This document shows, piece after piece, positions 40,601 to 49,100 of a DNA stretch of 64,000 bases. Made by a program: the position numbers and the translations under genes. The notes below the pieces were generated by a model. That model saw nothing but the letters and a program-made list of their open reading frames with translations, searched no databases and was not told the DNA's origin. This DNA is from a virus (Duplodnaviria; Caudoviricetes). The stretch is from IMG/VR virus record IMGVR_UViG_2834368228_000004, positions 96,001-160,000 of that record; one strand, given 5' to 3'. How positions within the stretch are numbered: position 1 is the stretch's first letter; the number at the start of each line of letters is the position of its first letter.

Positions 40601-41492
40601 CGTAGAAGAGGGTCGTGCTCCTGCTATTGAAATGATTAATTCGGTATACAATAATAACTTCAGTGAAGCCAGAAAAATACAGCAAAAGTATTTTAAAGAA
40701 GACTTCAATTTAGAAATGATGGAAAAAGCTTTCTCTGGTTTAAGTAAAGCATATGAAAACCTAGACCAAGGCCTATATAATCCTTCACTAAAGTTTGGTA
40801 CATCACGAGGATTGAACACAGATGTCGGATTAAAAAATATCCATGACTTACTTCAAGGAGAAGCGGCCATGCATGAGACTGTTCAAACGAACAGCACATT
40901 GCGAATGCTTCAAAACATTTTAGGAGTAGATAATCAGCAAACATTTACAGACATGGAAGGGAACTCTCATGTTCGAGTAGACCCATATGAATCCAGAAAC
41001 GCCCATATGCGTTCTGATCGATTAGGTGGCATGCAAGGAGCTATTCAGGAATATGGAGTAGATTTATCCGGCGGCTCTGAAGGATTTGGAAACAAGATTT
41101 CAGATTTGATGGATACTGTTAATAATAATCGAAACTTTAAGTGGGGAATTATTGGAGCGGGGCTTGCACTTGGAGCTCTGGGAGGATACAATATTCTTAG
41201 ACATAAAGATCCAATCGAGGCTCCACAAGATGAAATGCATTACACAGTTAACAACTCACCTGTTCAGCCAGCAATAGATATGAATCAAGGGAGCTATTCA
41301 GCAAATGCTGATATAAGTGTTAATGCACGAGGTGGATCTTTAAATGACAACGAATTGGCACATATGATAAATCAAGGAATGGTAGATTCACAAATGAATC
41401 CTAGCAATCCACGAATAACAATTAACACAACTGATAATACACAGCAGCTTAATCGTTTCTGGTATAGAGATAAGATTGAGGAGAATGTGTAA
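34689..41492 (+). CDS. Putative single-chain two-barrel DNA-dependent RNA polymerase (fused beta/beta'-like) with an N-terminal DEDDh exonuclease; probably virion-associated
   Basis: Exonuclease: FDIET, YNGDSFD, HSATHD. RNAP-like motifs in canonical order: K-x6-K, ILNPxxxxxR, GGVSWGHREM, SSKGQ, RYPVFH, ADSDGD, QKLISSKH. C-terminal hydrophobic segment. Confidence 0.8.
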   Translation: MDEMKERLESLGLTYLPPAQGNQELVAMFNPVQRRDYYHNYNYQDNVQKMAQVVNQNNNSKDIFDNQQTYRLLNSSHSRMGQDQMRKFQDFSTANQFFTFDIETLGNALHGDNFSISEIAVQGFQRNGNKFKPSNQSLTLVGSPSQSVQNDMIQVITQLRQDPYQFNKLEDWKKRTLVDLTRYSTRTDGGVTPAVFESQNGNMINFGHNSLANTFFKDERMIASRVIEKMSNVLQHAESGLENLSENKYGLNSNQMIDQFNKFVHQNNDSYFISYNGDSFDIPKLKAFGEQAGNNPMLTPNKHLDYFRVIQTTFPNPLDLHRLLNQDASRPSTGMTKLQAFRSTLGYDTEAAHSATHDIGLEGLAGVIQESNPHIQDRIQNGKTSIGDGFNFQTEKFSWNDAPVERGQTLFALGGVRARRDGELSFAAKFDPETGVYNPINDSFNTTIINAKTFYDLEGIVDLSDGNTNRYGLKLYDQDRDLHNFIIREGDNALHEIQDFMQNRFYNWDGLDKETRRRVSDARLTDSARRQYERLFSLEKAGTGRTGGFNAAQRTYQNAKVLEERLSGKDKNIQGPDYHALRQNRITHESMMEQLRSGFDSLWNPETKSWVKNEREMENFFRMGERLISERPAFEPALKYIESHLSEPTQRDLAWNLYTKKVNEAFPMAKETIPLQEFENRRVGYTDFNTNTKHSLDMSSWSSTEQSISRYVYSRDISQNGDLTPELREDRYRERMNQFLKTLQGNDVINENTANELININNQSATVRNAIIEATDILQSKVFDFDSTVQQISLGYNNAIQQMDLATNEIMFQEAVKQVRSMNQVRINPQQVTGSKVEFSPEVERALQRLDQSRLSGLSPNNRQALESVLSSVVGNSKFNQHHVALSMDQQTANARISIYNPSNSTSVIDAISSGQEHPNALSINVPLVGEHGVHQIGNRRINARRYMDYQDGQFVVRSSTQQLADNYTRNMNRILRDFDEGDIEGANNRARRVLNESLRNLSGIQRNLTSNDSFNMNNNQSDFFKQGNVEVDTAMVKDLYARNRLTNDDFYTTAFEGGRLRPDVSVNDLKPAKAYEVSLAAGDWLRDNNLNLFAGTNKGEHVSQMMFNELDIREFLPYGHYTFQGRDNSVQLQNAHLLNAQVQENILNNTEGYVSFNELVATNKQREWVNHWRQTNPSDAAGMQIKTAFINDGTLMDRINSLSETEKGLDLLREEGIINADGSWNHTKIPRIYEQQGLISQDLQEQVKVTEQKILSETDDVTLFRNSRNGDTVQPGQAIGYEMINGYQRELRYQGPNPGTVIQQNGRVGVAWEEDAFKYIVEGEKMTDVPISRRLMSAITGDDSVSMILNPNIKKHRDYGMFLSGKAKILADYAHQLSNDLVQATIDAPVTDKASRKALRRMELETQFNRTINLASTVGLHWDASSRSFIQEGNPNIPANSFENIFEELGLVDRDEQGNVLRRIDQSSLGDELAILEARVSKVSNHSKMIDETGRIVLEVGHDRDGNITKKYRRNDLGQFEHGGVSWGHREMGVFKDLNLTETYNKVYETMMTQAQQNNRLNETKSMIAAVSGAVNENHTLVSDASTLSVDDFRSLPEIDRDTNTYQQTIFDRDYIERLHGNNNAHGFWLELPGVQQTNGDTRRVTANINGSSGERQALNRIFIPFTNLEGANGEVHLRELQRSIGDIYRRAADVIGAGSIDERARSMDGLQGAVDRYFDQTVKDITSSKGQTGSSVLKASMPSSGSGLFKLLDPSVSMALEGEFTFISPDDAKALGVYDKLKTIEEQRVAGKSIDDLMVMNTRYPVFHSDAVQISKLRVSEDARKGEFLTTSWQSDLMKADSDGDYNNIVVLDDDNIQKEWRRQYNLQEQNREQAYLEQLGDSARSGRGFNAEYVLGDNDAFRPFDPNTQEEMAAKIGKRVVGSASNLNLYMRQVADQYLNHGSEERRAIYEMGQDLEQKLISSKHGLTVEEGRAPAIEMINSVYNNNFSEARKIQQKYFKEDFNLEMMEKAFSGLSKAYENLDQGLYNPSLKFGTSRGLNTDVGLKNIHDLLQGEAAMHETVQTNSTLRMLQNILGVDNQQTFTDMEGNSHVRVDPYESRNAHMRSDRLGGMQGAIQEYGVDLSGGSEGFGNKISDLMDTVNNNRNFKWGIIGAGLALGALGGYNILRHKDPIEAPQDEMHYTVNNSPVQPAIDMNQGSYSANADISVNARGGSLNDNELAHMINQGMVDSQMNPSNPRITINTTDNTQQLNRFWYRDKIEENV

Positions 41493-41504
41493 GGAGGTTC
41501 TTTA

Positions 41505-44500
41505 ATGGCTACAACATTAGCAGTTGATGACCGGGATTCCCGTTATGGGGTCCTCGGTGATCATTATATGCGTATTGGAGATACACAGTTTTATTTACCT
41601 CCAACAGATATAAAAGTACATCGAATGATGAAGAATCAAAAGGTTTCTGTAATGCGAGGGAAAAACAGCTTGCCGAAAGAGTCTGGCTATTTTGATCGAG
41701 TAATAACACTAACTATCTTCTTCCCAGATGTAAGGTCTATAAATGATGAGTTAAGACCTCTATTGGCACAAAGTAAAAAGTGCCCATTTTTACCAATAGA
41801 AAACACTTATTTAAATGATGCACATAAGGTAGAAGCAATTACAATACAGAATGTTACAGTGCAAACCACACCAGGTTTTCCTAATACATTGCAGGCAATT
41901 ATTCAATGTTATGCATTTGAACCAGCTGCGTACATATATGGTTCTACTGAAAAGACATTTGATGAGATGTTTCATTGGCCATTATTTAGATGGTATTATG
42001 GCAGGCATTTAAAAAAGGTAAAAGTTGTTGATCCTGTCTTCAAGCAATTGTTTGGCAGTAATTCAGATAAGCAATTAACTTACTTTGAGCCTGTAAGTGG
42101 AGAGGTGACAAACGATTTTCAGTTTCGTATTGTAGCTGAAGATGATTTGTTAGCAATACGTGAATGGAACAAAGAGAAGAAAGAGCTAATTAAGGCTTGG
42201 CAGGAAGATAAGAATGGGTCTAGCTTAGGTGATTTCTTCAAAAATGCTATCAGTTCAAAGAAAGATGGAGCTAAGCCTATAACGAAAAAAGGCAAAGAAC
42301 AACAGTTTAATGAAGAATATGATGAGTTATATTCAAAAGCAATGTATGAATATGATTTGCATTATGAAACTTGGGACTTAGGAAGAATGGAGCTAGAAGA
42401 CTTTAGCATAAGTTTTGAAAACTCTATTTCATCTTATCAATTGCAGATGCATCAATCTCCTGCACACCAATATTTAGGTTCTCAGGATACTGTAATTGTA
42501 GCACGATTTAAGACAGATGATATGGAGTCTGTTGCCAGTTTAGAAGATCTTATGAGAAGGACATCCTATCTGACACGTGAATACCACAAAGAAGTTTCAA
42601 ATGGTTTCCTTGAGATTGACCATCAATTAGCAAGGCTCTATGGAGTGAAAAGTGTTGTCATTGATGATGTAAGTATCAATACAATAGAAGGTATGCCAGG
42701 TGTGTATGACATTACATTGACCTTAATGGCTTATAATCGTGCTGAAAAGAAAATGCATGAAGTAAGTGCAATGACTTTGGGGTTAGACTGGGATGCAAGT
42801 GGTACTATTGTAAATCCATACTTACAAAATGCGATGGCAGGATTTAAGAAAATACACACGTCTATTGGAATACAGCAAAATGCAGAACAACAAGCTATTT
42901 ATAATGAACATGTTATTAATGCTTTTCGTGCGGCAGAACTTTATCCAGACTTAGAGCTTCCAACATATGATGAAGTAAGAGAAGCTGGATTTAGTTTAAT
43001 AAATAATAACAATGGAGTCTTTGTAGATCCAGACTTTTTTATAAAGTATGATAGTTTTCAAGACTATGCTCAGCTATTAAGCGAATCTATTGATTCAGGA
43101 AGCAGCGACATCAAAATGTATGATGCCACTGGAGGAACTGCTACGGTTACTAAAGGTGGATTAAAGCTTGATGAAGTTGCTGATAGAAAAGTAGAAGAAA
43201 TGAAGACTATTACAAAAAACAGTGTTCCGAATCTGGGTGTTTCTGAAAACGTCAATGCAAATCAAGATACTACAAATCGTTCTACCCTTGAGATGGAAGC
43301 CTTAATAAGAAAATCTGCACAGGTATATGAAATTCCTGAAATCTATCCAATAGCTTTTGCGAAAGCATTTGACTCCAAGTTAAGGCATTTTTATGAAGTG
43401 GGAGACAATCCTGAACTTGGTGGGATCTATAATAGTAGTGCTGGCTCTCCAATTTTTATGGGGTCCAATTTAAACCTTCTAGGTGGAGATAGATCTGCGG
43501 ATTATGCAGGTGTTATGCGTGTTTCCAATCAATATGGGGATGCTAAATTAATTAGTAAAAGCATAGAGTATAATGTTGATGTTGGAATGCGTTACATGAA
43601 GTACTATTGGGAAGTTGCAGGTTCCATGATGGAAGATGAGAGAATTAATACAGATCGCTTGCATCAAATGTTAGATATTCCTAATACGAGTTTAGACGAT
43701 AGCTACAAAGCGCAATTCATTCTTATGTCTGCTCTCTATTTGCAACATGACCGAGAAATTCTTGCAGTGATGAATAAAGGGCAAGAACCGAGAGCAAGTA
43801 TCCTTCGTATTTATGAGCACTTACTAGATGTATTGGATGGAACAGAAGCATGGGGATATGAAAAGTTGCAGAAAGAGTATGGGAAGCTAAAAGTGCAAGA
43901 TTACAAGGCCACCATCTATACCGTTGATGATGACAATCCAACTCTTAATATTAAGCAATCTGATATCGATATTGAAGATACAACAGAGTTAGAAAAAACA
44001 ATGATGCATGATATGCTTGAATATGACCGTAGAGGGAGACTTGTTAGGGCTTTCCCAACATTTTTTATGACATTTATTGATGAAGGACAATTTGTAGGAA
44101 GTGCAAAAATGTCAGACCAGTACTTTCACTACAGAGCAATTAGTGACATTACATACAATAATAGTCGGAAGCAAGCTTCCAGTACACTAGTGTGTGAATT
44201 AAGTAATGTATTCGGCTCCTTAAGTGATAGTGAGAAAGCACAAGATTTAACGCATACTTCATTTGGCGATATGTTCCTTGCATCAATTATGCCAGGCGCT
44301 GTTGCAAAAGCTCAAGAGAGAAGCAGACATCGAAATTCTAACTTCTATAAGAGTATTTATCTTCGTACAGGTGTTAGGGTTCACATGAGAATGGGATATG
44401 GAGCAAACGCTGCTGAACTGCCAACTATCATGAATGGAACTATAACAAGTCTTCAAAATAATGGAGCAACCATAACAATGATTGCTCAAGACGATGGAAT

Positions 44501-47500
44501 AGAGCTTACGAATAAATTAAATGCAATGATGGATATTGATCCACAAGATGAAACCAGTGGATTTTTAAGCTCCAAAAAAGAGCCAACGGAAATTATCGAT
44601 GAGCTATTAACTGACTCACGAGGATTATGGTCAAACATTTCTGCATCACTAAGCAACAAAGAATATCAAGATCATGCACTTGGTGTAATGCATTTCGGTG
44701 AAACTGGATTACCTCAAGGAATTGCAGACTTTAAAGATTTATTTACACTTGGAATTATGGAGAGCAGGGATCGGGCTGAAGTAAATATGAATGTTTATCA
44801 GACGACGGGGCTCCTTCATGAAGATCAAAGCAAATGGTACAACCGATTAAAGGATGGTCTTGGAATTGGAGAATCAGATGAGGTAAATATTAATATTAAC
44901 CTTTATGATAAGACGATATGGGATGTTCTAAACATTGGAGCATCAGTCGGGTCTGACATGATAACAGCGGTCCATCCATTTGGTTTAAGAAGTACTATCT
45001 TTTTAGGGAAACCATACTTCCCAATCACCTATGGATATAAAGTTGACTTAGAATCAGAAAAAGTTGTTGGTGAGAAAATCAAGTCGTTCAAACAACTGCA
45101 TTCTTACGATAGTTACACATCCATTATTAGTAATGGGATTAAAGCTACGGAAGACAATATGTATACTGTTGCAGTAGGGGCATATAACAATGAGGGTAAA
45201 CTGAATGTAACCCCACCAGTTTATGTAGATAGTAATATATGGCCAGAGAAACAAAAGACAGTAAATATTGATACAACATTGAATGCTAAAGGAGTAGCAG
45301 CGTTAGGGGCAGTTCCCTTTATTGGAGATATGTTAAATAAACCAGCTAAATGGTTCTTTGATGAAGGTGTTGCACTTAAAATAACTGCTGCAGGACTACG
45401 TGATTTTGTAAAAGATATGTATGATGGTTATTTGACGGTTCCTGGTGATCCCTCTGTGAAGCCTTACGACACAATGCTACTTCAAGACTTTTATACAGAT
45501 ATGGTTGGTCCCGCAGATATGAAGGAGATTATTCACGTTATGAATCACGATGTAGGATTCATAACAATGATAAAACCTGATGTAATTGCCTACAATGAAG
45601 ATCAAACTATTTTTAATACCATTGCACGAGCGATGACAGTTGTAGCTTATGCTGCCACTAGAATGATTGCCCACAATATTTTAAAAGCAAAAGGATATAC
45701 AGGTTCATTTCCTATTTTAAACGCAGTCTGGTCAAGCACAAAAGAAAAGATGGGTAAAGCTCATCGAACATTTAAAGGAACCGCTTCTAAGGTAACAAAT
45801 AGAATACCGCAGCTTGATATTGACCGATGGAAGAAAAATGGAACATTTGATAGTCTCTCTAAATCCTTTGGTAATGTTTCTAAGAAAGACTTAGAAGACC
45901 TGTTGAAGAAAGGGCAATTAAATGCATCTAAAACAATAAAAGATTTCAATAAGAAGTATCCTAACTTAAATAAAAAAGCAAGTACAGTTTTATTGAAGGG
46001 TGAAAAGGGAGCTAAGAAAGTTTTGAGTGGTGGAAAGGCTTTGGGATCTGTAGTTAAAGGAGCTTGGAAAGCAAAGCACGCTTTATTAGGACCTGCAGGT
46101 ATTGTAACTTTAGCAATAGAAAGTGTAGTTGTATCAGCTCTTAGCTCAACAGTTGGTGAGTTTACTGAAAGATTTTTAATGAATAGGCAAGCTGTAATTA
46201 TTGTTCCTCTGAAAAAAGATGGATTTGAGTTCACTGCAGGTATAAATGGAAATAAAGGTTCAGTCGAATCCATACCAGAAGATTTAACAAAGTTTTATGA
46301 ACATCTTCCTGGACCGCTTTTAGATATGTATATAAGTGCAGAAAGTGCAAACAGTGAAGATGCAGGAGCTAGATTATTTTCAATTCGAAGTGCTTCATCT
46401 CAAAAAACAGTTGATTTAAGCACCATTTTGAATGGACGGATATCTTCCAGTCATATGTATAAAGATAATGGACTTATTGAAGAGATGTATAAAACAGATG
46501 TAGCAGCAGCAGAGAAAGAGATTGCAGAGCGCTTAGAATATTTAGTTAGCATGACACAAGAAGCTCAAAATGTTCAATATACTCATCTTCAAGAAAAGGA
46601 TTTGAGTGCTCAAAGTATTTTCTCTAACTTCCTCAATCTGTTGTTTAAGGGCAGTGATACAGAGACCGAGCAGTGGGATGGTACAGGAAGTATTTCACTT
46701 AATGGTAAAGCTGTTAATCTATCAAAGTATTTTAATAAGCTTGGACCGATGATCGATAAAGAAACAGAAAGACAAGGTGTTCCCCAGTATGCGGAAATAT
46801 TAAAAGCAAAAACAATGCAAGAATCTGGTGGTAATTATGAACGATATCCAGATGTCATGCAGTCATCAGAAAGCTTAGGACTCCCTCGAAACTCTATCGG
46901 TTTAAGTCGAAGTTTAGAGCAAGGTGTAAAATACTTCATACAGATGATGAATTCAGCAGGTGGAGATGTCGCCCTAGCTATGCAAGCTTATAACTATGGT
47001 GGTGGATTTATCAACTATGTTAAAGAGCGTGGTGGAGCATGGACACAAGAATTAGCAAATGCTTTCTCTGACATGAAAGCAAGCCAATTGGGTTGGAAAA
47101 GATATGGAGATAAAAATTACATTAAAAATATCATGCGCTACTATGAATATCCAAAAGGTGGAACAGATGACGCACCATCCACAATCGGGTCAGAAGGAAG
47201 GTCAAAATATCGATTGAGTTTAAGTCAAGCTAAAAGTCAATTGATTGAAGCTAGAGAAGCTAATGATAGAAAGTTTAATGTTACATTAGTTGGATCAAGT
47301 ACAAGCTTGATGAGAAAAGGCACATTTGATTTATTAAATCAAATAGCTCAGGATTATAAAAAGTCTACAGGGAAAACAATTAATATTACAAGTGCTTATC
47401 GAGCAAATGATCCAAACTGGCATGGTACTGGATATGGGGTAGATATTGATACCCCCAATACAATGAGAAGACTTTCTGGAGGAAAGCTTGGATTTCCAAA

Positions 47501-47687
47501 CGGTAATGATAAAAATGAAGCAGTCAAGTTGATTGAAGCATCTATTAAAGCAGGTTTTAGTGGAATTTATTTTGGAGATTGGTTCATTATTGAAAATATG
47601 AAACGCAAATATCCCAAAGTACAATTCACCTATGAACCAAATAATCATCATAATCACTTGCACTTATCATACCCTCTCAAAGGATAG
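41505..47687 (+). CDS. Baseplate hub/tail-associated lysin with SLT-like, CwlT-type lysozyme and M15 peptidase domains
   Basis: Hub-like motifs (GVRVHMRMGYG, GDPSVKPYD); MQESGG...DVMQSSES...AYNYGGG; SAYR...HGTGYGVD...HLH. Confidence 0.8.
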   Translation: MATTLAVDDRDSRYGVLGDHYMRIGDTQFYLPPTDIKVHRMMKNQKVSVMRGKNSLPKESGYFDRVITLTIFFPDVRSINDELRPLLAQSKKCPFLPIENTYLNDAHKVEAITIQNVTVQTTPGFPNTLQAIIQCYAFEPAAYIYGSTEKTFDEMFHWPLFRWYYGRHLKKVKVVDPVFKQLFGSNSDKQLTYFEPVSGEVTNDFQFRIVAEDDLLAIREWNKEKKELIKAWQEDKNGSSLGDFFKNAISSKKDGAKPITKKGKEQQFNEEYDELYSKAMYEYDLHYETWDLGRMELEDFSISFENSISSYQLQMHQSPAHQYLGSQDTVIVARFKTDDMESVASLEDLMRRTSYLTREYHKEVSNGFLEIDHQLARLYGVKSVVIDDVSINTIEGMPGVYDITLTLMAYNRAEKKMHEVSAMTLGLDWDASGTIVNPYLQNAMAGFKKIHTSIGIQQNAEQQAIYNEHVINAFRAAELYPDLELPTYDEVREAGFSLINNNNGVFVDPDFFIKYDSFQDYAQLLSESIDSGSSDIKMYDATGGTATVTKGGLKLDEVADRKVEEMKTITKNSVPNLGVSENVNANQDTTNRSTLEMEALIRKSAQVYEIPEIYPIAFAKAFDSKLRHFYEVGDNPELGGIYNSSAGSPIFMGSNLNLLGGDRSADYAGVMRVSNQYGDAKLISKSIEYNVDVGMRYMKYYWEVAGSMMEDERINTDRLHQMLDIPNTSLDDSYKAQFILMSALYLQHDREILAVMNKGQEPRASILRIYEHLLDVLDGTEAWGYEKLQKEYGKLKVQDYKATIYTVDDDNPTLNIKQSDIDIEDTTELEKTMMHDMLEYDRRGRLVRAFPTFFMTFIDEGQFVGSAKMSDQYFHYRAISDITYNNSRKQASSTLVCELSNVFGSLSDSEKAQDLTHTSFGDMFLASIMPGAVAKAQERSRHRNSNFYKSIYLRTGVRVHMRMGYGANAAELPTIMNGTITSLQNNGATITMIAQDDGIELTNKLNAMMDIDPQDETSGFLSSKKEPTEIIDELLTDSRGLWSNISASLSNKEYQDHALGVMHFGETGLPQGIADFKDLFTLGIMESRDRAEVNMNVYQTTGLLHEDQSKWYNRLKDGLGIGESDEVNININLYDKTIWDVLNIGASVGSDMITAVHPFGLRSTIFLGKPYFPITYGYKVDLESEKVVGEKIKSFKQLHSYDSYTSIISNGIKATEDNMYTVAVGAYNNEGKLNVTPPVYVDSNIWPEKQKTVNIDTTLNAKGVAALGAVPFIGDMLNKPAKWFFDEGVALKITAAGLRDFVKDMYDGYLTVPGDPSVKPYDTMLLQDFYTDMVGPADMKEIIHVMNHDVGFITMIKPDVIAYNEDQTIFNTIARAMTVVAYAATRMIAHNILKAKGYTGSFPILNAVWSSTKEKMGKAHRTFKGTASKVTNRIPQLDIDRWKKNGTFDSLSKSFGNVSKKDLEDLLKKGQLNASKTIKDFNKKYPNLNKKASTVLLKGEKGAKKVLSGGKALGSVVKGAWKAKHALLGPAGIVTLAIESVVVSALSSTVGEFTERFLMNRQAVIIVPLKKDGFEFTAGINGNKGSVESIPEDLTKFYEHLPGPLLDMYISAESANSEDAGARLFSIRSASSQKTVDLSTILNGRISSSHMYKDNGLIEEMYKTDVAAAEKEIAERLEYLVSMTQEAQNVQYTHLQEKDLSAQSIFSNFLNLLFKGSDTETEQWDGTGSISLNGKAVNLSKYFNKLGPMIDKETERQGVPQYAEILKAKTMQESGGNYERYPDVMQSSESLGLPRNSIGLSRSLEQGVKYFIQMMNSAGGDVALAMQAYNYGGGFINYVKERGGAWTQELANAFSDMKASQLGWKRYGDKNYIKNIMRYYEYPKGGTDDAPSTIGSEGRSKYRLSLSQAKSQLIEAREANDRKFNVTLVGSSTSLMRKGTFDLLNQIAQDYKKSTGKTINITSAYRANDPNWHGTGYGVDIDTPNTMRRLSGGKLGFPNGNDKNEAVKLIEASIKAGFSGIYFGDWFIIENMKRKYPKVQFTYEPNNHHNHLHLSYPLKG

Positions 47688-47699
47688 GAGGTAAAAGCT

Positions 47700-48116
47700 T
47701 TGAGTCGTTTAAGAGAAAGTATATCGAAAGAAGGAGCAAAGCAGTCAAAGGAAGAGAGTTCACATGGTCTAATCGGCCATGTGATTCGCTACCATCCTGA
47801 ATCATTTAAATGTTACTGTGATGAGCATAAAGATCAAGAGTTCAAAGATACAGAAAGACATACAGCAGATGTCAAAGTATATCGTGGGAAAAAAGATGAG
47901 ATATTAAAACGTGTCCCTTGTATGGTATACTCCCAAGGAATAATTTCAAATGGGTTAGTAAAAGGAGATCGAGTATGGGTTCAGTTTATTAATGGAGATA
48001 CTGCTTTCCCAGTTATCACAGGTTACTATCGTGAACCTTCTCAATGGGAATTGACAAAGAACACATTTCAATATGCTGCTGCAGACTTTTTAGGTGGACT
48101 TTTAGGAGGTGATTAA
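47700..48116 (+). CDS. Baseplate spike OB-fold-like (gp5/GpV N-terminal type) protein
   Basis: KGDRVWVQFINGD...PVITG motif; follows the hub gene. Confidence 0.6.
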   Translation: MSRLRESISKEGAKQSKEESSHGLIGHVIRYHPESFKCYCDEHKDQEFKDTERHTADVKVYRGKKDEILKRVPCMVYSQGIISNGLVKGDRVWVQFINGDTAFPVITGYYREPSQWELTKNTFQYAAADFLGGLLGGD

Positions 48117-48118
48117 CT

Positions 48119-48466
48119 TTGGCTAAATGGAAAGACGATTTATATGAGTTTGACCAAAATGTAGATTCCAATATTAATGATTTAGATACGGAGCGAACAG
48201 AAGCTAAAGTTAATGATATTGGGATGATTAATCAATCGAATGGTGTTGGCATATTAGCACGAGACAATGGACGATTAGAAGGTTACGCAGATTATGGATT
48301 AGGTTTTCGTATGGATCCTGAGACACAGAGTCTTTCAATTTTCGCACCTAATCTAAGAATCTTCAGCAATAGTGTGGAAACACATGATTTTAATAAGCAA
48401 GTTACTTTCATAAAAAATGAATACAAAGATGTTCTTCAAATCATACACCAAAAGGAGGATAATTAA
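48119..48466 (+). CDS. Small beta-rich baseplate/spike protein
   Basis: Short beta-strand periodicity; synteny; AGGAGG RBS with TTG start. Confidence 0.45.
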   Translation: MAKWKDDLYEFDQNVDSNINDLDTERTEAKVNDIGMINQSNGVGILARDNGRLEGYADYGLGFRMDPETQSLSIFAPNLRIFSNSVETHDFNKQVTFIKNEYKDVLQIIHQKEDN

Positions 48467-49089
48467 TGGCTGGTAATTATAGTGAAACGGATATTTCTTT
48501 TTTTGGACAAGAAATGATTAGAGATTTTGAAGTCATTCCTCATGAAAAAGGATTCTTCCTTCAGTGGGAAAAGTCTGAAGAAGCAGGAGGTTACTCCATT
48601 TATCGTAAACCTATGGGAACAGAGGGATGGGAACTAGTAGTGACATTAGAAGATGGAATAACAAGTTACTTAGACAGTAAACCTCCAATTGACCTACCTT
48701 ACGATTATCGTTTGTATCGTATTCTTGAAGGAGATTTTATGCTAGGTGAAGCTGATAATGCAGGCGGTGTTGACTTTAAGATGACCACAGGACATGAATC
48801 AGGAGCACAGGACGCTACTAATCGGTTACGGACACAGAAAGGTGATTGGAGGTCTCATCCAAATTTAGGAGCTAATTTAGAGCTGTTGGAAGGAGAGTCA
48901 AACACACGAGAAACCGGTGAAAGAGGCGTGGAACAAATAAAGGATGCTTTGACATATGATTCACGATTCTCAGATAGTGATGTAACTGTTCGTGCTGTTC
49001 CAACTTCTATTGAGCAAATTGATTTCTACGCTATCATAGATAGTGATAACAGAGAGCCAATAGTAGTTAAAGATACATTAAATTTATAA
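48466..49089 (+). CDS. Baseplate wedge gp25/GpW-like protein with an FN3-like insert
   Basis: RLRTQKGDWRSHPNLGA and ALTYDSRF; N-terminal LQW...YSIYR...SYLD...YDYR. Confidence 0.75.
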   Translation: MAGNYSETDISFFGQEMIRDFEVIPHEKGFFLQWEKSEEAGGYSIYRKPMGTEGWELVVTLEDGITSYLDSKPPIDLPYDYRLYRILEGDFMLGEADNAGGVDFKMTTGHESGAQDATNRLRTQKGDWRSHPNLGANLELLEGESNTRETGERGVEQIKDALTYDSRFSDSDVTVRAVPTSIEQIDFYAIIDSDNREPIVVKDTLNL

Positions 49090-49100
49090 AGGAGTGATGG

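Noticed and set aside
34689-41492. Calling the 2267-aa ORF simply a tape measure protein or a DNA polymerase
   Set aside because: It has ordered RNAP-like motifs and no tape-measure repeats. No PolA, PolB or PolC polymerase motifs were recognised after the exonuclease domain.
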